IMG/VR virus record: IMGVR_UViG_3300027793_000052
Coordinates: 186,001 to 250,000 of that record
Length of the DNA stretch: 64,000 bases
Strand: one strand, 5' to 3'
Shown here: one piece after another, positions 1 to 10,112 of the stretch
How the letters are laid out: each line of letters starts with the position of its first letter
How positions within the stretch are numbered: the stretch's first letter is position 1
Position numbers and translations under genes: made by a program
Notes under the pieces: model-generated
What the model saw: the letters and a program-made list of their open reading frames with translations, nothing else
Database searches by the model: none
Told to the model about the DNA's origin: nothing

Positions 1-1530
1 TGCGTAGTCAAATTTAGCCACCTTCTTACTATACCCTAAGTGTAATAACCTCGATAAACCACCTGTGAAATCTCTTTTGGGTAGTATATCAGGTAATGCC
101 AAACCATTTTCATAAGACCAAGACATCATTAATAATTTCCACATTGTTGCCGTACCCATAGTTATTGAACGGTTAAATGTTGTTGGTACTAAAGCTGCCG
201 TTAAAAAACCTGCTTGTGTGTAAATATCATCTACTTGCTCAGTTTCCAACAAGTCATCCGTAAGATATTCTGTAATTAAAAATCTACCGTCAACCTCTTC
301 CCACTTATCTTCATAACCATCAATAACAACCATCTCACCTTTTTTATCTTCAAATAATTTAGGTTCAGGTTTAATACCATCTAAATCATACCATTGACCA
401 CTAGTTGGGTTGTACCAATATTTTTTATTCTGAACCCACATTCTACCTAATTGACCCCCGTCCACATAAACACGATTAGGTCTTTCTACTTTGGCTTCTT
501 TAGCGATATATTTTAAACCTGCCTCTTTTAAGTTTGAATTTAATGCCTGTGCCTGTCTAACCCTATGTAAAGTATCTAAAATGTTAATACCCCACATAAC
601 TGTTTGTTCATATTTTTCTAATTCAGCACCTAACTTAAGGGACGCTGTTTTACGATACATAGGTATTTCAGGATGTCTTGTTTTAATAATACCTTTAGTG
701 TTTATTGTGGTTGTTTTATCACCTATCTTACTAATAACAAAAGCTTCATTACTAATACCTAAGATTCTCATTCTACCTAAGATATACTTCCAGTCAAAGT
801 TTTCTGAATTATAACCTGTAATAATAGAAGCATTACGTTCATGTAAAATGTTAAAAAATTCTTTTAACATTCTACGTTCAGTTTCTTCACTCCAATTACC
901 ACTTTCATCATAGGAGTCAATAATCTTACGAAAACCACGATTGTCTTTAATCCCAATCAAAAATATGTGACCATCTTCAGGATCTAATGAGGTGGTCTCA
1001 ATATCAAATACTAACTTATGAACCTCAGTATAATCATCAAAACCTTTAAATAAACGTTTACCCGTTTGTATCATAAACTGTTCGATGGGTTGTACCATTT
1101 GAATTAGGTCTTTTCTTTTCCAAGGGTCTAAACCACCTTTTTTAAAGAAGTTTATTAATTCTCTATATGTACCAGAAGTTTTAACAATAAATTTAAAACC
1201 ATCTTCTAAACGTTCATCACCGTCAGTTCTAAGTTTCTCTGTGAAAATACCGAATTTTTTGGCTTCAGCACGCATTCTATCCATGTCATCACCATAGAAA
1301 CCACTGCCTCTAAGTGATTTTGTCCATAAGAAAGGTGTAAATTTTTGGGTTTTTATCATTTTACCCTTTTTAGGGTCATCGATAAATGTGTAAACTCTAT
1401 CGGTTTCATCTACCGACCAGTCCCCAGTTTGGGGTAACTCTACGGCTACAATATATTTTTCAGGGTCTTGGCCTTCTAGAAACACCTTAATATCTTCGGG
1501 TGTTGCTTGTTTAATTTCTTTTTTACTCAT
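1..1530 (-). CDS. polB: Family B DNA polymerase, 5' part (runs off window edge; absent from ORF track)
   Basis: Manual translation from ATG at 1530 (MSKKEIKQATPED...) is open to position 1. It contains Exo I VFDIETTS, Exo II GYNSENFDW and ends in KFDYA, the start of PolB motif A (DxxSLYP). Confidence 0.93.
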   Translation of the reverse strand, partial: MSKKEIKQATPEDIKVFLEGQDPEKYIVAVELPQTGDWSVDETDRVYTFIDDPKKGKMIKTQKFTPFLWTKSLRGSGFYGDDMDRMRAEAKKFGIFTEKLRTDGDERLEDGFKFIVKTSGTYRELINFFKKGGLDPWKRKDLIQMVQPIEQFMIQTGKRLFKGFDDYTEVHKLVFDIETTSLDPEDGHIFLIGIKDNRGFRKIIDSYDESGNWSEETERRMLKEFFNILHERNASIITGYNSENFDWKYILGRMRILGISNEAFVISKIGDKTTTINTKGIIKTRHPEIPMYRKTASLKLGAELEKYEQTVMWGINILDTLHRVRQAQALNSNLKEAGLKYIAKEAKVERPNRVYVDGGQLGRMWVQNKKYWYNPTSGQWYDLDGIKPEPKLFEDKKGEMVVIDGYEDKWEEVDGRFLITEYLTDDLLETEQVDDIYTQAGFLTAALVPTTFNRSITMGTATMWKLLMMSWSYENGLALPDILPKRDFTGGLSRLLHLGYSKKVAKFDYA

Positions 1531-1538
1531 ATAAAACT

Positions 1539-1570
1539 CTGTTTGGGACGGGTTACAGATAACCTCTCGT
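1539..1570 (-). promoter_or_regulatory. GC-rich hairpin in polB leader (candidate translational operator)
   Basis: GGTTA-N4-TAACC stem at 1551-1564, extended by ACG/CGT, about 20-40 nt upstream of the ATG. Confidence 0.35.
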
Positions 1571-1622
1571 TTATAAATTAATAACTAATAAAATTTATAT
1601 AAATAAAATGATATTGTGAATA

Positions 1623-1961
1623 TTATTTTTGTTTAATAATTAATTCACCTAAAACTTCTATCAGACCAACCAATTTTTGAAATTCAACTTGTGACATTTC
1701 AACATTTTCAGATAATTCACATAATTGGTCTAATTTTTCTTTAAATTCTTTTTTTGTTTTTTCAATATCTAACTTACCTTCCATAGCTTTTTTATAGTAA
1801 GGAAGTTTAACCCTAAAGTGATGGTAAGTTAACATCGCTGGGCCACCTTTTTCTTTAGCATTGTTTGTGATTTTTTCAGCTCCAGCTAATCTTTTTTCAG
1901 CAAAAGTTTTAAAACTTTCACTATTTTCTAATTCTTCTTTTATTAATTTTCTTATATCCAT
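1623..1961 (-). CDS. Hypothetical protein with N-terminal MDIRKLIKEE motif (putative head-packaged protein)
   Basis: ORF; the ATG at 1961 overlaps the upstream stop (TAATG coupling) and is preferred over the TTG at 1967. Confidence 0.75.
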   Translation of the reverse strand: MDIRKLIKEELENSESFKTFAEKRLAGAEKITNNAKEKGGPAMLTYHHFRVKLPYYKKAMEGKLDIEKTKKEFKEKLDQLCELSENVEMSQVEFQKLVGLIEVLGELIIKQK

Positions 1962-2350
1962 TAACAAACTATTTTACTCTTAGTAAAGCTATCCAATACC
2001 GTAACATATAAATCTTCACGAATTGGTACAATAAGGGATTCCCCATTATCTAAAAAATCAACTTTAAATTCTGCCTTGAATACTCCGGCGACATTAGTAT
2101 CTTTTAAATCAAATTCATAACCTAAATAATACTCACCATCTTCAGGACAAATTTCTTTATCCACAGGTATTAACAAACCTTGTTTGTTAAATACTTTGTA
2201 AATACCTTTATCATCCATCATGGAAAATGTTATGGCCGCGTTCTCTAAACGGTCATAAATGGTTCTATATGTTAATCTACCGTCGTTGATTAATTTTAAC
2301 TTTAATAATGGTAAATTGGAGTTTTTTCTTATGAAGAAGTTTTGTGCCAT
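1961..2350 (-). CDS. BppU N-terminal-like baseplate/fibre attachment protein
   Basis: MAQNFFIRKNSNLPLLKLKL...ITFSM...YEF...DT..AGVFKAEF pattern. Start moved to ATG 2350, which has ATATTTAT just upstream. Confidence 0.6.
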   Translation of the reverse strand: MAQNFFIRKNSNLPLLKLKLINDGRLTYRTIYDRLENAAITFSMMDDKGIYKVFNKQGLLIPVDKEICPEDGEYYLGYEFDLKDTNVAGVFKAEFKVDFLDNGESLIVPIREDLYVTVLDSFTKSKIVC

Positions 2351-2364
2351 ATCATATATAAATA

Positions 2365-4119
2365 TCAATCACACGGTATAAAAATATACGGTGGTAATGG
2401 ACTTTTACAACCACTACAATTATTATTATTTGGTTGTACAATTTGTGCTCCACCAAAATTGTTTGGTTTACAATATCTTTTACAATCAATAAAAAAGTTA
2501 TTTCTAACTTCTAAAACATTTAAAGGTTTTTCATAAAATCTTAATTGTGATAATTCACCCTCAAAAGTGCCAGCAAAATTTTCTTGAATTAATAAATTTC
2601 TATCCGCGTAATCAGGACCGTTAAAAGTTTGACTTTCCAATAAACCTTGTGTACCACCACCCCAACTTATGTTGAACGGTACGCCTATTTGTTTATCACT
2701 CCATTCGTCCAAAGCTCTAAGTTGTAAACCGATAAAATCTTTAACCGAATATTTAACCAATCCGTTAACCCAAAATTTAAGTGTACCAGAAGGTAAATCA
2801 TTTTTAAAACCACCACCAGCTGTGTATGTTACGACAATATGATTCCAAGTATTACCAGATGGTATAATGTTTGGTTCGGAATAACCTTCTTCCATTACAG
2901 TTCCAGTTATTCTATATTCATTATTATAACACCCACCTGTAACAGTTAATTTACGATAACCTATTCTACCGTCATCTGTAATTCTAAAACCTAAAGCGTT
3001 TTCTGATAATTGGTCACAATAAGAATAAGAATGACCTGTTACAACAGTTGTAGTTGTTGCACTACAAGTTTGACAACAAAACCCACTACCTTGGTATTGA
3101 AACCAATTTTGACCACCTGTTATAATATTAGGATCGGTATAAGTTGTTGTATTACCACAAGCATCACAACAACAAGAAAATGTACTTCCTTTTACCGTAA
3201 ACCAAGATTGTCCGTCATTAGGACCTTGTAAATTTTGATCCCACAATTTTTCTTCGTCGTTTGATAAAGGAATTCCTGTTGTTGTTTTATAACCAGATTC
3301 ACCAGAAAAAGTATTCCAAAATTTATTTTCAGACCTTGTACCAATATAAAAGAAAAATCCTTTATTGTTTGGGTATAGTTCATTTAAAGTATTTCCTGTT
3401 AAATTTAAACAATAACCATTGGAAGCGTTAACCCAAGTTTCCATCGACCAACCAACAGGAAATTCCGTTGGCATTATTTCCCATTTTGTTGTCGCTGAAG
3501 TTGTGGTTAATGTATAACCTGTATTATTACATGCGTCAACATCCATAACAGAAGTTGGTGCTGGTCTATCTGTATCTAATTTAAAAAACCCTTGATAAAA
3601 ACCTCCGTTTAAACAAATGGTATCTCCAACAATACAACCATCGGTTGTTGTTGTATTAGAATGAAAAGACCAAGGATAATCATAAAGACCTTTAGTTGTT
3701 GTACAACCTGTACTATCAAATACAACAGTTAAACCTGTGACTGGATATAACACTAATTTTGTATCTGTAGGTGTGATAACTAATGTTTCACCTGATAAAC
3801 AATAAGTTCTACCATTATCAACACCTGTTAAACCCCAATCATTTAAAGTAAAACCAGTAGACGGAATTATGGTACTACCAGACCATGTAATTAAAGAAGT
3901 TAAAGATGAACCATCTGTTGTTGTATTACTTTCATTAATATCAAACCAAACAACTAAACCATCAGTTATTACTGTATAATTACAAGAATTTTTACAGTTT
4001 GTTGCATAATCAAGATAATCACCTAATCTATCTGAAGATAAATTAAAATCCCAATACTCATTGTAAACAATATTAATTGCCTCAAAATTTTTAAAAAAGT
4101 AATTATTTTTGATGTCCAT
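2365..4119 (-). CDS. LamG/concanavalin A-like domain virion protein with Cys clusters
   Basis: C-terminal WNHIVVTY...LKFWVNG...FEGELSQLRFYEKPL is a LamG-like signature; Thr-rich; CCCDAC and CCQTC motifs. Confidence 0.7.
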   Translation of the reverse strand: MDIKNNYFFKNFEAINIVYNEYWDFNLSSDRLGDYLDYATNCKNSCNYTVITDGLVVWFDINESNTTTDGSSLTSLITWSGSTIIPSTGFTLNDWGLTGVDNGRTYCLSGETLVITPTDTKLVLYPVTGLTVVFDSTGCTTTKGLYDYPWSFHSNTTTTDGCIVGDTICLNGGFYQGFFKLDTDRPAPTSVMDVDACNNTGYTLTTTSATTKWEIMPTEFPVGWSMETWVNASNGYCLNLTGNTLNELYPNNKGFFFYIGTRSENKFWNTFSGESGYKTTTGIPLSNDEEKLWDQNLQGPNDGQSWFTVKGSTFSCCCDACGNTTTYTDPNIITGGQNWFQYQGSGFCCQTCSATTTTVVTGHSYSYCDQLSENALGFRITDDGRIGYRKLTVTGGCYNNEYRITGTVMEEGYSEPNIIPSGNTWNHIVVTYTAGGGFKNDLPSGTLKFWVNGLVKYSVKDFIGLQLRALDEWSDKQIGVPFNISWGGGTQGLLESQTFNGPDYADRNLLIQENFAGTFEGELSQLRFYEKPLNVLEVRNNFFIDCKRYCKPNNFGGAQIVQPNNNNCSGCKSPLPPYIFIPCD

Positions 4120-4221
4120 TAAAATGTTTAGCCATTAATTTAAATGATTTTTGGTAATTTTTATTTACAAAAAAATCTCTTATTTTACTTATAAATATAT
4201 GAAATAAGGTTAATATATAAA

Positions 4222-7200
4222 TTAATTTGCGACAAAACTAGGGTCGGAGATGTTACCGATACCAAACATCATTTGATTGGATATTGGTGCCTGATTTCTG
4301 GCAATACCATTTGGTACGTTGTTAATATATCTTATCCCTGTGTTTGTACCTTTGTTGCTATTAGCACCAGTTAATAATAATTGTCCGGGTCTTGATGCTA
4401 TACACCCCGATACCTTTACGTTATTTGCTATTTTTTCAAATGTATCTTGAAAAGTTACGGAATAATTAGCTCCAGCGGTTGCACATTGTATTCTTGTTGG
4501 GTTAGAAGCAGTACCGTTAAAAAACCTATTCATAGTGATTGTTCTTCCTGCGGTAATTGTAACTGTTATTAAATTTACCTTGTCAAAATTTATAAAAGTA
4601 CCATTAGATATTATACTGTAAACTCCAGTACATTTAACTTTTCCACCTAAATAATTCGCAGTTCCCGTTCCGTGAGTATATGCTAAAATTGTAACATTGC
4701 CACCTAAATAATTCATAGTGCCGCCATCTAAAAAGTAATTAGATATTGTTACATCTCCATTAATATTAACTGTATTTGATATTGACTGAATAACACTTAA
4801 TATACCTCCTAATATATTAATATTAGTATTAGAACCACTCGATAAAAAATTCCCTATTGATAACCCATTTCTTACATTTACATTAAATGCTCCATTAAAA
4901 GACACATTAAAACCAGAAACTCTTCCATTTACATTTAAGTCAGATAATAATGTTGTAGTACCCACATTCACATCATTCCAAATAATAGGAGCAACATTTA
5001 ATGTTCCACTTAAACTACAAGTTCCTATTACTGTTACATTTCCCGAAATGTATGTTAAAATACCTACACCAAAACCAATTGTGTTTATAGTTACATTTCC
5101 ATTTATGTTTGTATTTAACCTATGTCCACCACCGCTAAAAGTTCCACCTAATATATTTACTGTTGTTGTCCCAATTCCTTGTTGGTTAAAAGTTGAATTT
5201 ACAGTTAGTCCACCACTACAATTTATGTTAAAAGTTCCATTAAATGTTTGTATTTGATTACTTAATGTTCCTATTGTAAGTAACCCGTTTACATTTAAGT
5301 CATCAGTTAAAGTAATCGTTATTGATTGACTAAAAGTCAAAGCGTTTGGCCAAGTTTTTCCATTACTTGTAAATGTATGAGTTGCATTTACTATTAAAGC
5401 ACTACTTCCACTTATACTCATACCTGAAGCTAAAGTAACATTACCACTAACAGTCATGGTATTAGTCATTGTAAGTGTTGCTGTATATCCACTAAAATTT
5501 ACAGATTTACAAGTACCTGCTGCATTCATATTACAATTATTAACCGAATTAACATCAAAAGCTGTATCATCAGTTGATGCTGGTGCTGAAATAGAACCTA
5601 TTGGTACACCACCAGAATAAGGTGCCCAAGAACCTGTTGCACTAAAATTTGAAGCCCCTACATAGTATAAAGTTGTACTTGCGTTCCAATTATCACTATT
5701 TGTTACAGTACCACCAAATGTCCATCCGGTAGCTCCTCCACTACCATCTATATCTGTTACATTTAAATAATATTCTGACTGAACAGAATTTAAATTGATA
5801 ATAGCTTTAGATCCACTACTACTCGACCTTAATGTAACTCTTGAGGCGTTTGTTCCTGCTATATTTAAAGAATTAATACTATATGTTTGTGTAGATACAA
5901 ATGTATGAGTTGTTCCTGGTGTTGTACATGTATAAGTTCCGTTAATTGGAAACCCATTTGTTCCAGCAAATGTCACATTTGCTGATGTATTTATATTATT
6001 AAGTGTAAATCCTGTATTATTGACCGTGATAGTTGTTGCGGCACCAATATTCATCGTACTACCCGTTGAGGTCACCGTCCCACCACTATGGGTTAAAGTT
6101 CCAGTATTATAATAAACATTTCCACTTATGGTTATGTTTCCGTTTATAACTGTGTTTAATCTAATAACTCCTGTACCAGTTATACTCCAAGTACCTCCTA
6201 ATAAATTTAATACAGTTGTCCCAGTACCTTGTGCAAAAATCCCATTATTTATAACTGTTACTCCACCAGATACATTTATATTAAAACTTCCACTTATAGA
6301 ACCACCAGTTGTAGTTAATAAACCATTTATGTTTAAATTAGATAATAAAGTAATTGTATAGTTATTTGTAGCAGATGTAAAATTTACATTATTTAATGTT
6401 ACTCCGGCTAAATTAATACTAACATTCAAATTAGCAAATGAAACAGTATTATTAGTAGTATTAGTTACTACTCCACTAACATAATTTATTGAACCATTAT
6501 CTCCAATAATAAGTAAAGTTCCTATTGTTATATTTCCATCTATATAACTATCCATACTTATTCTTCCTAATGTATTTGATGATTGAACAGTACCACCTTT
6601 AAAATATAATCTTGGCGTTCCTGTTCCTTTTGCAATTGTAACACCATTTAATGTCGTTCCACCATTTGCATTTATATTAAAACTTCCGTTTACAGTAGTA
6701 CTTGAACCAATCATAGTAAGTAATCCATTTATATTTAAATCACTTGATAAAACAAGAGTTCCACCCCATAATTCAATATTTCCCCAATTTACACTACTTG
6801 TATTAAACGTACTTAAACCAACAGTATTTCTATTCACATTTATTGTTGAGCCACTTGCGTTTACAGTTCCACCACTATGAGTTACAGTAATATTATCAAA
6901 TCCAACTAAACCTGTAAAAGTAATTGTATTAACCCCACTATCAAGAACCAAGTTATTTCTAAATGAATATGGTGGGTTATTTCCTTGAAAATAGTTTACA
7001 TTTCCTTTAAAATAGATGGTAGCTGTTCCATTAATTGTTTGTGAAGCATTGTGTGTTACATTTCCAAAACAATTAAAATCACTTCCATCTAATTTAACAT
7101 TTCCTATACTAAATGTTCCATTTATTGTAATAACACTATTGTTTGTAATAGTAGGAACTCCCCCAGTAGTAGTTAATGTTATGTTATTCCAACTCATACC

Positions 7201-7878
7201 ACTTGTATTAAGTGTGGTTGAAGCACCTATGTTTAATGTACTACCTGTTGTAGTTACAGTACCACCTGTATATGTTAAAGTTCCAGTATTATAATAAACA
7301 TTTCCATTTACAGATACATTTCCGTTGAAAGTTAAATTATTTCTTAACACGCCCGTAGAACTATTACTCCAAGTACCACCATTTAATTCTATATTTGTAG
7401 TTCCTGATGTAATTGCGGTAGTGTTACTTGTTAGATTACCTGAAGAATAAATTGTACTACCATTTATTATTTGAGAAGTTGTTCCATTTAAAGTTAATAC
7501 ATTTGAGACTGTCCAATTGTCTGCTAATGTATAAGTTCGGGAAGTTCCGGATAACGTTAAAGGATTACTCCAAACCCTACCATTACTTCTAAGTGTGGCG
7601 TTAGCATTTACTATTAAAGCACTACTTCCACTTATAATCATACTTGAACCTAGGGTAACATCACCACCAACGGTGATAGTATTACTCATTGTAATTGTAT
7701 TGGTGTAAGCAGAAAAATTAATTGTTAAACAAGATCTTGCTGATGCGTTGACCGTACAAGCGGAAGATGACACATCAAAAACAACATCATCAGCAGATGT
7801 TGGTACTGCACCTTCTAACCAATTACCAGCAGTTCCCCAATTACTATCAATTGTTCCTCTCCAAGTTCTTGTAGGCAT
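4222..7878 (-). CDS. Adhesin-like beta-solenoid tail fibre/appendage protein (1218 aa)
   Basis: N-terminal W-x-G-x4-NW-x5-NW-x4-VP-x3-DDVVF module, with a second degenerate copy mid-protein; N/T/G/S-rich repeats with NGN(V/I)T motifs; located in the fibre cassette. Confidence 0.7.
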   Translation of the reverse strand: MPTRTWRGTIDSNWGTAGNWLEGAVPTSADDVVFDVSSSACTVNASARSCLTINFSAYTNTITMSNTITVGGDVTLGSSMIISGSSALIVNANATLRSNGRVWSNPLTLSGTSRTYTLADNWTVSNVLTLNGTTSQIINGSTIYSSGNLTSNTTAITSGTTNIELNGGTWSNSSTGVLRNNLTFNGNVSVNGNVYYNTGTLTYTGGTVTTTGSTLNIGASTTLNTSGMSWNNITLTTTGGVPTITNNSVITINGTFSIGNVKLDGSDFNCFGNVTHNASQTINGTATIYFKGNVNYFQGNNPPYSFRNNLVLDSGVNTITFTGLVGFDNITVTHSGGTVNASGSTINVNRNTVGLSTFNTSSVNWGNIELWGGTLVLSSDLNINGLLTMIGSSTTVNGSFNINANGGTTLNGVTIAKGTGTPRLYFKGGTVQSSNTLGRISMDSYIDGNITIGTLLIIGDNGSINYVSGVVTNTTNNTVSFANLNVSINLAGVTLNNVNFTSATNNYTITLLSNLNINGLLTTTGGSISGSFNINVSGGVTVINNGIFAQGTGTTVLNLLGGTWSITGTGVIRLNTVINGNITISGNVYYNTGTLTHSGGTVTSTGSTMNIGAATTITVNNTGFTLNNINTSANVTFAGTNGFPINGTYTCTTPGTTHTFVSTQTYSINSLNIAGTNASRVTLRSSSSGSKAIINLNSVQSEYYLNVTDIDGSGGATGWTFGGTVTNSDNWNASTTLYYVGASNFSATGSWAPYSGGVPIGSISAPASTDDTAFDVNSVNNCNMNAAGTCKSVNFSGYTATLTMTNTMTVSGNVTLASGMSISGSSALIVNATHTFTSNGKTWPNALTFSQSITITLTDDLNVNGLLTIGTLSNQIQTFNGTFNINCSGGLTVNSTFNQQGIGTTTVNILGGTFSGGGHRLNTNINGNVTINTIGFGVGILTYISGNVTVIGTCSLSGTLNVAPIIWNDVNVGTTTLLSDLNVNGRVSGFNVSFNGAFNVNVRNGLSIGNFLSSGSNTNINILGGILSVIQSISNTVNINGDVTISNYFLDGGTMNYLGGNVTILAYTHGTGTANYLGGKVKCTGVYSIISNGTFINFDKVNLITVTITAGRTITMNRFFNGTASNPTRIQCATAGANYSVTFQDTFEKIANNVKVSGCIASRPGQLLLTGANSNKGTNTGIRYINNVPNGIARNQAPISNQMMFGIGNISDPSFVAN

Positions 7879-7884
7879 GTTTTT

Positions 7885-8124
7885 TTAAATGTTTTGTGTT
7901 TGATTAATTGGTAAATCATTTATCACATCAGGTAACGCCGCAATAATACTAAGTTTTGCCTGTTCTGCTGAAGCTCTATTTATAATACCGTTAATAACAT
8001 CTTGTGATGTTCCTGGCATAGAATGTGCCACTTCTACCTTTACAATAGTTCCGTCAAAATCATACTCAACTTCTGTAAAAAGTATTTCATTAAATGTTCT
8101 AGTACTTAAAATTTTGTATGTCAT
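7885..8124 (-). CDS. Small hypothetical protein (possible fibre assembly partner)
   Basis: 79-aa ORF tightly packed between the adaptor and adhesin genes. Confidence 0.7.
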   Translation of the reverse strand: MTYKILSTRTFNEILFTEVEYDFDGTIVKVEVAHSMPGTSQDVINGIINRASAEQAKLSIIAALPDVINDLPINQTQNI

Positions 8125-8144
8125 AATTTATTTTTTTACTTTTG

Positions 8145-8582
8145 TTAGTAATTACCACCATAGGCTATAACATCATAATAGTTACCAGCACTTTGTGCTG
8201 TACCTATTGTTACAACAAGTGAAAAACCCGCTGGTAATATTATAGGAGAAGTAAAAGTCATAGTCTGTGTTTGACCAACTGTTGCAGTCTGATTTGGCGT
8301 TATTGCCGGTAATGAAACTTCTCTTAATAATCTAGGATTACTAAAATTAGTATCAGAACACTGAAACAATCTACCTATTGTTGCTACTGATGCTGTTACA
8401 CCTGTAGAAGAGTGCACCCAGTCGATTGCATCTATTCTACTACCATCTGTACCACCAGATAATAATATTACTGCGTTAGTTGTTACAGATAAATCTCTTG
8501 TTGTATTAATTCCTGTAATTCTGGCTCCCCCATTTATTCCTCTATTTGGGGTTAAAATAAATATTGGTGATGTATTTGGCAT
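8145..8582 (-). CDS. Small virion adaptor-like protein, paralogue of 30412..30840
   Basis: Shares N-terminal NT-x-PI(F/Y), E(V/I)SLPA-x-T and C-terminal GG-x-Y with 30412..30840. Confidence 0.65.
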   Translation of the reverse strand: MPNTSPIFILTPNRGINGGARITGINTTRDLSVTTNAVILLSGGTDGSRIDAIDWVHSSTGVTASVATIGRLFQCSDTNFSNPRLLREVSLPAITPNQTATVGQTQTMTFTSPIILPAGFSLVVTIGTAQSAGNYYDVIAYGGNY

Positions 8583-8594
8583 AATTTATATTTT

Positions 8595-10064
8595 TTAAAT
8601 GAAATTATAATAATTAAATAAATTTTGTGTTGCTGATATAGTACCTACAGCTAAATCAACATAATTTGTATTAGCTATTTTATTGTTATTACTAAGCGGT
8701 GGTTGATCACCCGCCGTCATATTTGTTGCGTCACCATAAACAGTTGTTGCGGAAATAATACCTGTAACAGTTAAACCTGTCATTACTGATATGTTAACAG
8801 ACAATGGTGTTTGTCCTTGGTTTTGTGATAAAATTATGTTATTATTAGAGTAAGTAAAACCGGTAACAAATGTATCACCAGAAGTAAAACCGGTAACAAT
8901 TACCAAACCATTCTGTCTATTAAGGGTTAGAGTACCACTACTAAATGTACCACCTGTTACATAAAAATCACTAGTTACTAAACCTGTTAAATATTGTCCA
9001 TTACCATAATAAGTTGTTGCCGATACTGAACCTGTAACTAAAATATCACCATTTATAGTACCACCAGAAGTGTTAAGTTTACTATCTAAAGCACTTTGTA
9101 AGCCTGTAATTTCAGATGTGGGGTGTGTATGTCCTGAAGTTAATAAAGCTAAACTATCACCTTTTAGTATAATTCTTTTTGTTGTTCCATGTAAACCAGC
9201 TTCCCACTGTGAGTTTTGTTCCTCCCATAATAAAGCTGCTGTTGTTCCTGAACCACGTAAAACTTCAATACCAGAATGACCTGGAAATGGTGTACCACCA
9301 GTTATATTAGAATTTAGTGTAACAACATTGTCAGCAACACTTAAAGTGGCGGTATTAATGGTTGTTGCCGAACCTAAAATTGTTACATTACCTAATACTA
9401 AAACATCACCATTAACAGTACCACCAGATATACTAAATTTAGAATTTAATTGGGTACTTAAGTCCGTGATATCTGATATACTGTGAGTGTGAGCAGTACT
9501 TGTTAATTGATAAAAACTAGTTTGGTGAGGATTGCTTGTATTTGCGGTATGAGATGTAAAAAGTGTTAAATCTGTTTTTAAATCTAAATCATTTTGTAAA
9601 TTTGTTATATCAGAGATACTGTGAGTGTGAGCTGTAGTGATTAACTGACTAAAACTAGTCTGATGAGGATTACTTGTGTTTGCAGTATGAGAATTAAAAA
9701 GTGTTAAATCTGTTTTTAAATCTAAAGCACTTTGTAAACCTGTGATACCTGTTAAACTAATACCTGTTAGTTTTGAACCATCTCCATAATAAAAAGTTGT
9801 GGCTGAAACAGAACCAAAAAAAACAGAATTTCCTGTCACAACAAATTTAATATCGTTTGGTATTCCATTTATAGAACCACCAACAAATAAACTAGAGTTA
9901 CCGATATTTAAAATATCACCATTACTACTACCAAATACCACAGAACCGTCATCATTAACTTTTAAGGATATGGTAGCATTTGTTTCACCACTAAAATATA
10001 TTACTGGTTCTAAACCAGCACCCGTGGTGTTTCTGTTTGGTTTTATTATAATATCTCTACCCAT
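8595..10064 (-). CDS. Tail fibre protein with His-motif (HTH-x-ISDI) repeats
   Basis: Tandem 46-aa repeats containing AHTHSISDIT, a further HTHPTSEITGL, and a FVTGFTY/SQNQG module. Confidence 0.75.
   Translation of the reverse strand: MGRDIIIKPNRNTTGAGLEPVIYFSGETNATISLKVNDDGSVVFGSSNGDILNIGNSSLFVGGSINGIPNDIKFVVTGNSVFFGSVSATTFYYGDGSKLTGISLTGITGLQSALDLKTDLTLFNSHTANTSNPHQTSFSQLITTAHTHSISDITNLQNDLDLKTDLTLFTSHTANTSNPHQTSFYQLTSTAHTHSISDITDLSTQLNSKFSISGGTVNGDVLVLGNVTILGSATTINTATLSVADNVVTLNSNITGGTPFPGHSGIEVLRGSGTTAALLWEEQNSQWEAGLHGTTKRIILKGDSLALLTSGHTHPTSEITGLQSALDSKLNTSGGTINGDILVTGSVSATTYYGNGQYLTGLVTSDFYVTGGTFSSGTLTLNRQNGLVIVTGFTSGDTFVTGFTYSNNNIILSQNQGQTPLSVNISVMTGLTVTGIISATTVYGDATNMTAGDQPPLSNNNKIANTNYVDLAVGTISATQNLFNYYNFI
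9470..9745 (-). repeat. 138-nt (46-aa) tandem duplication inside fibre gene
   Basis: ctgtgagtgtgagc at 9481 and 9619; tctgtttttaaatctaaa at 9571 and 9709; both offset by 138 nt. Confidence 0.9.
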
Positions 10065-10112
10065 TTTATTGTTTTATAATAAATATTCTTTAAAATAAAA
10101 TAGAATTAACTA

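Noticed and set aside
491-814. Plus-strand 107-aa ORF
   Set aside because: Antisense shadow of the polB gene, which the track missed because it runs off the window.
4103-4135. 10-codon uORF (MAKHFNGHQK) overlapping the LamG gene start
   Set aside because: Too short and compatible with chance in an AT-rich leader; no evidence for regulation or frameshifting.
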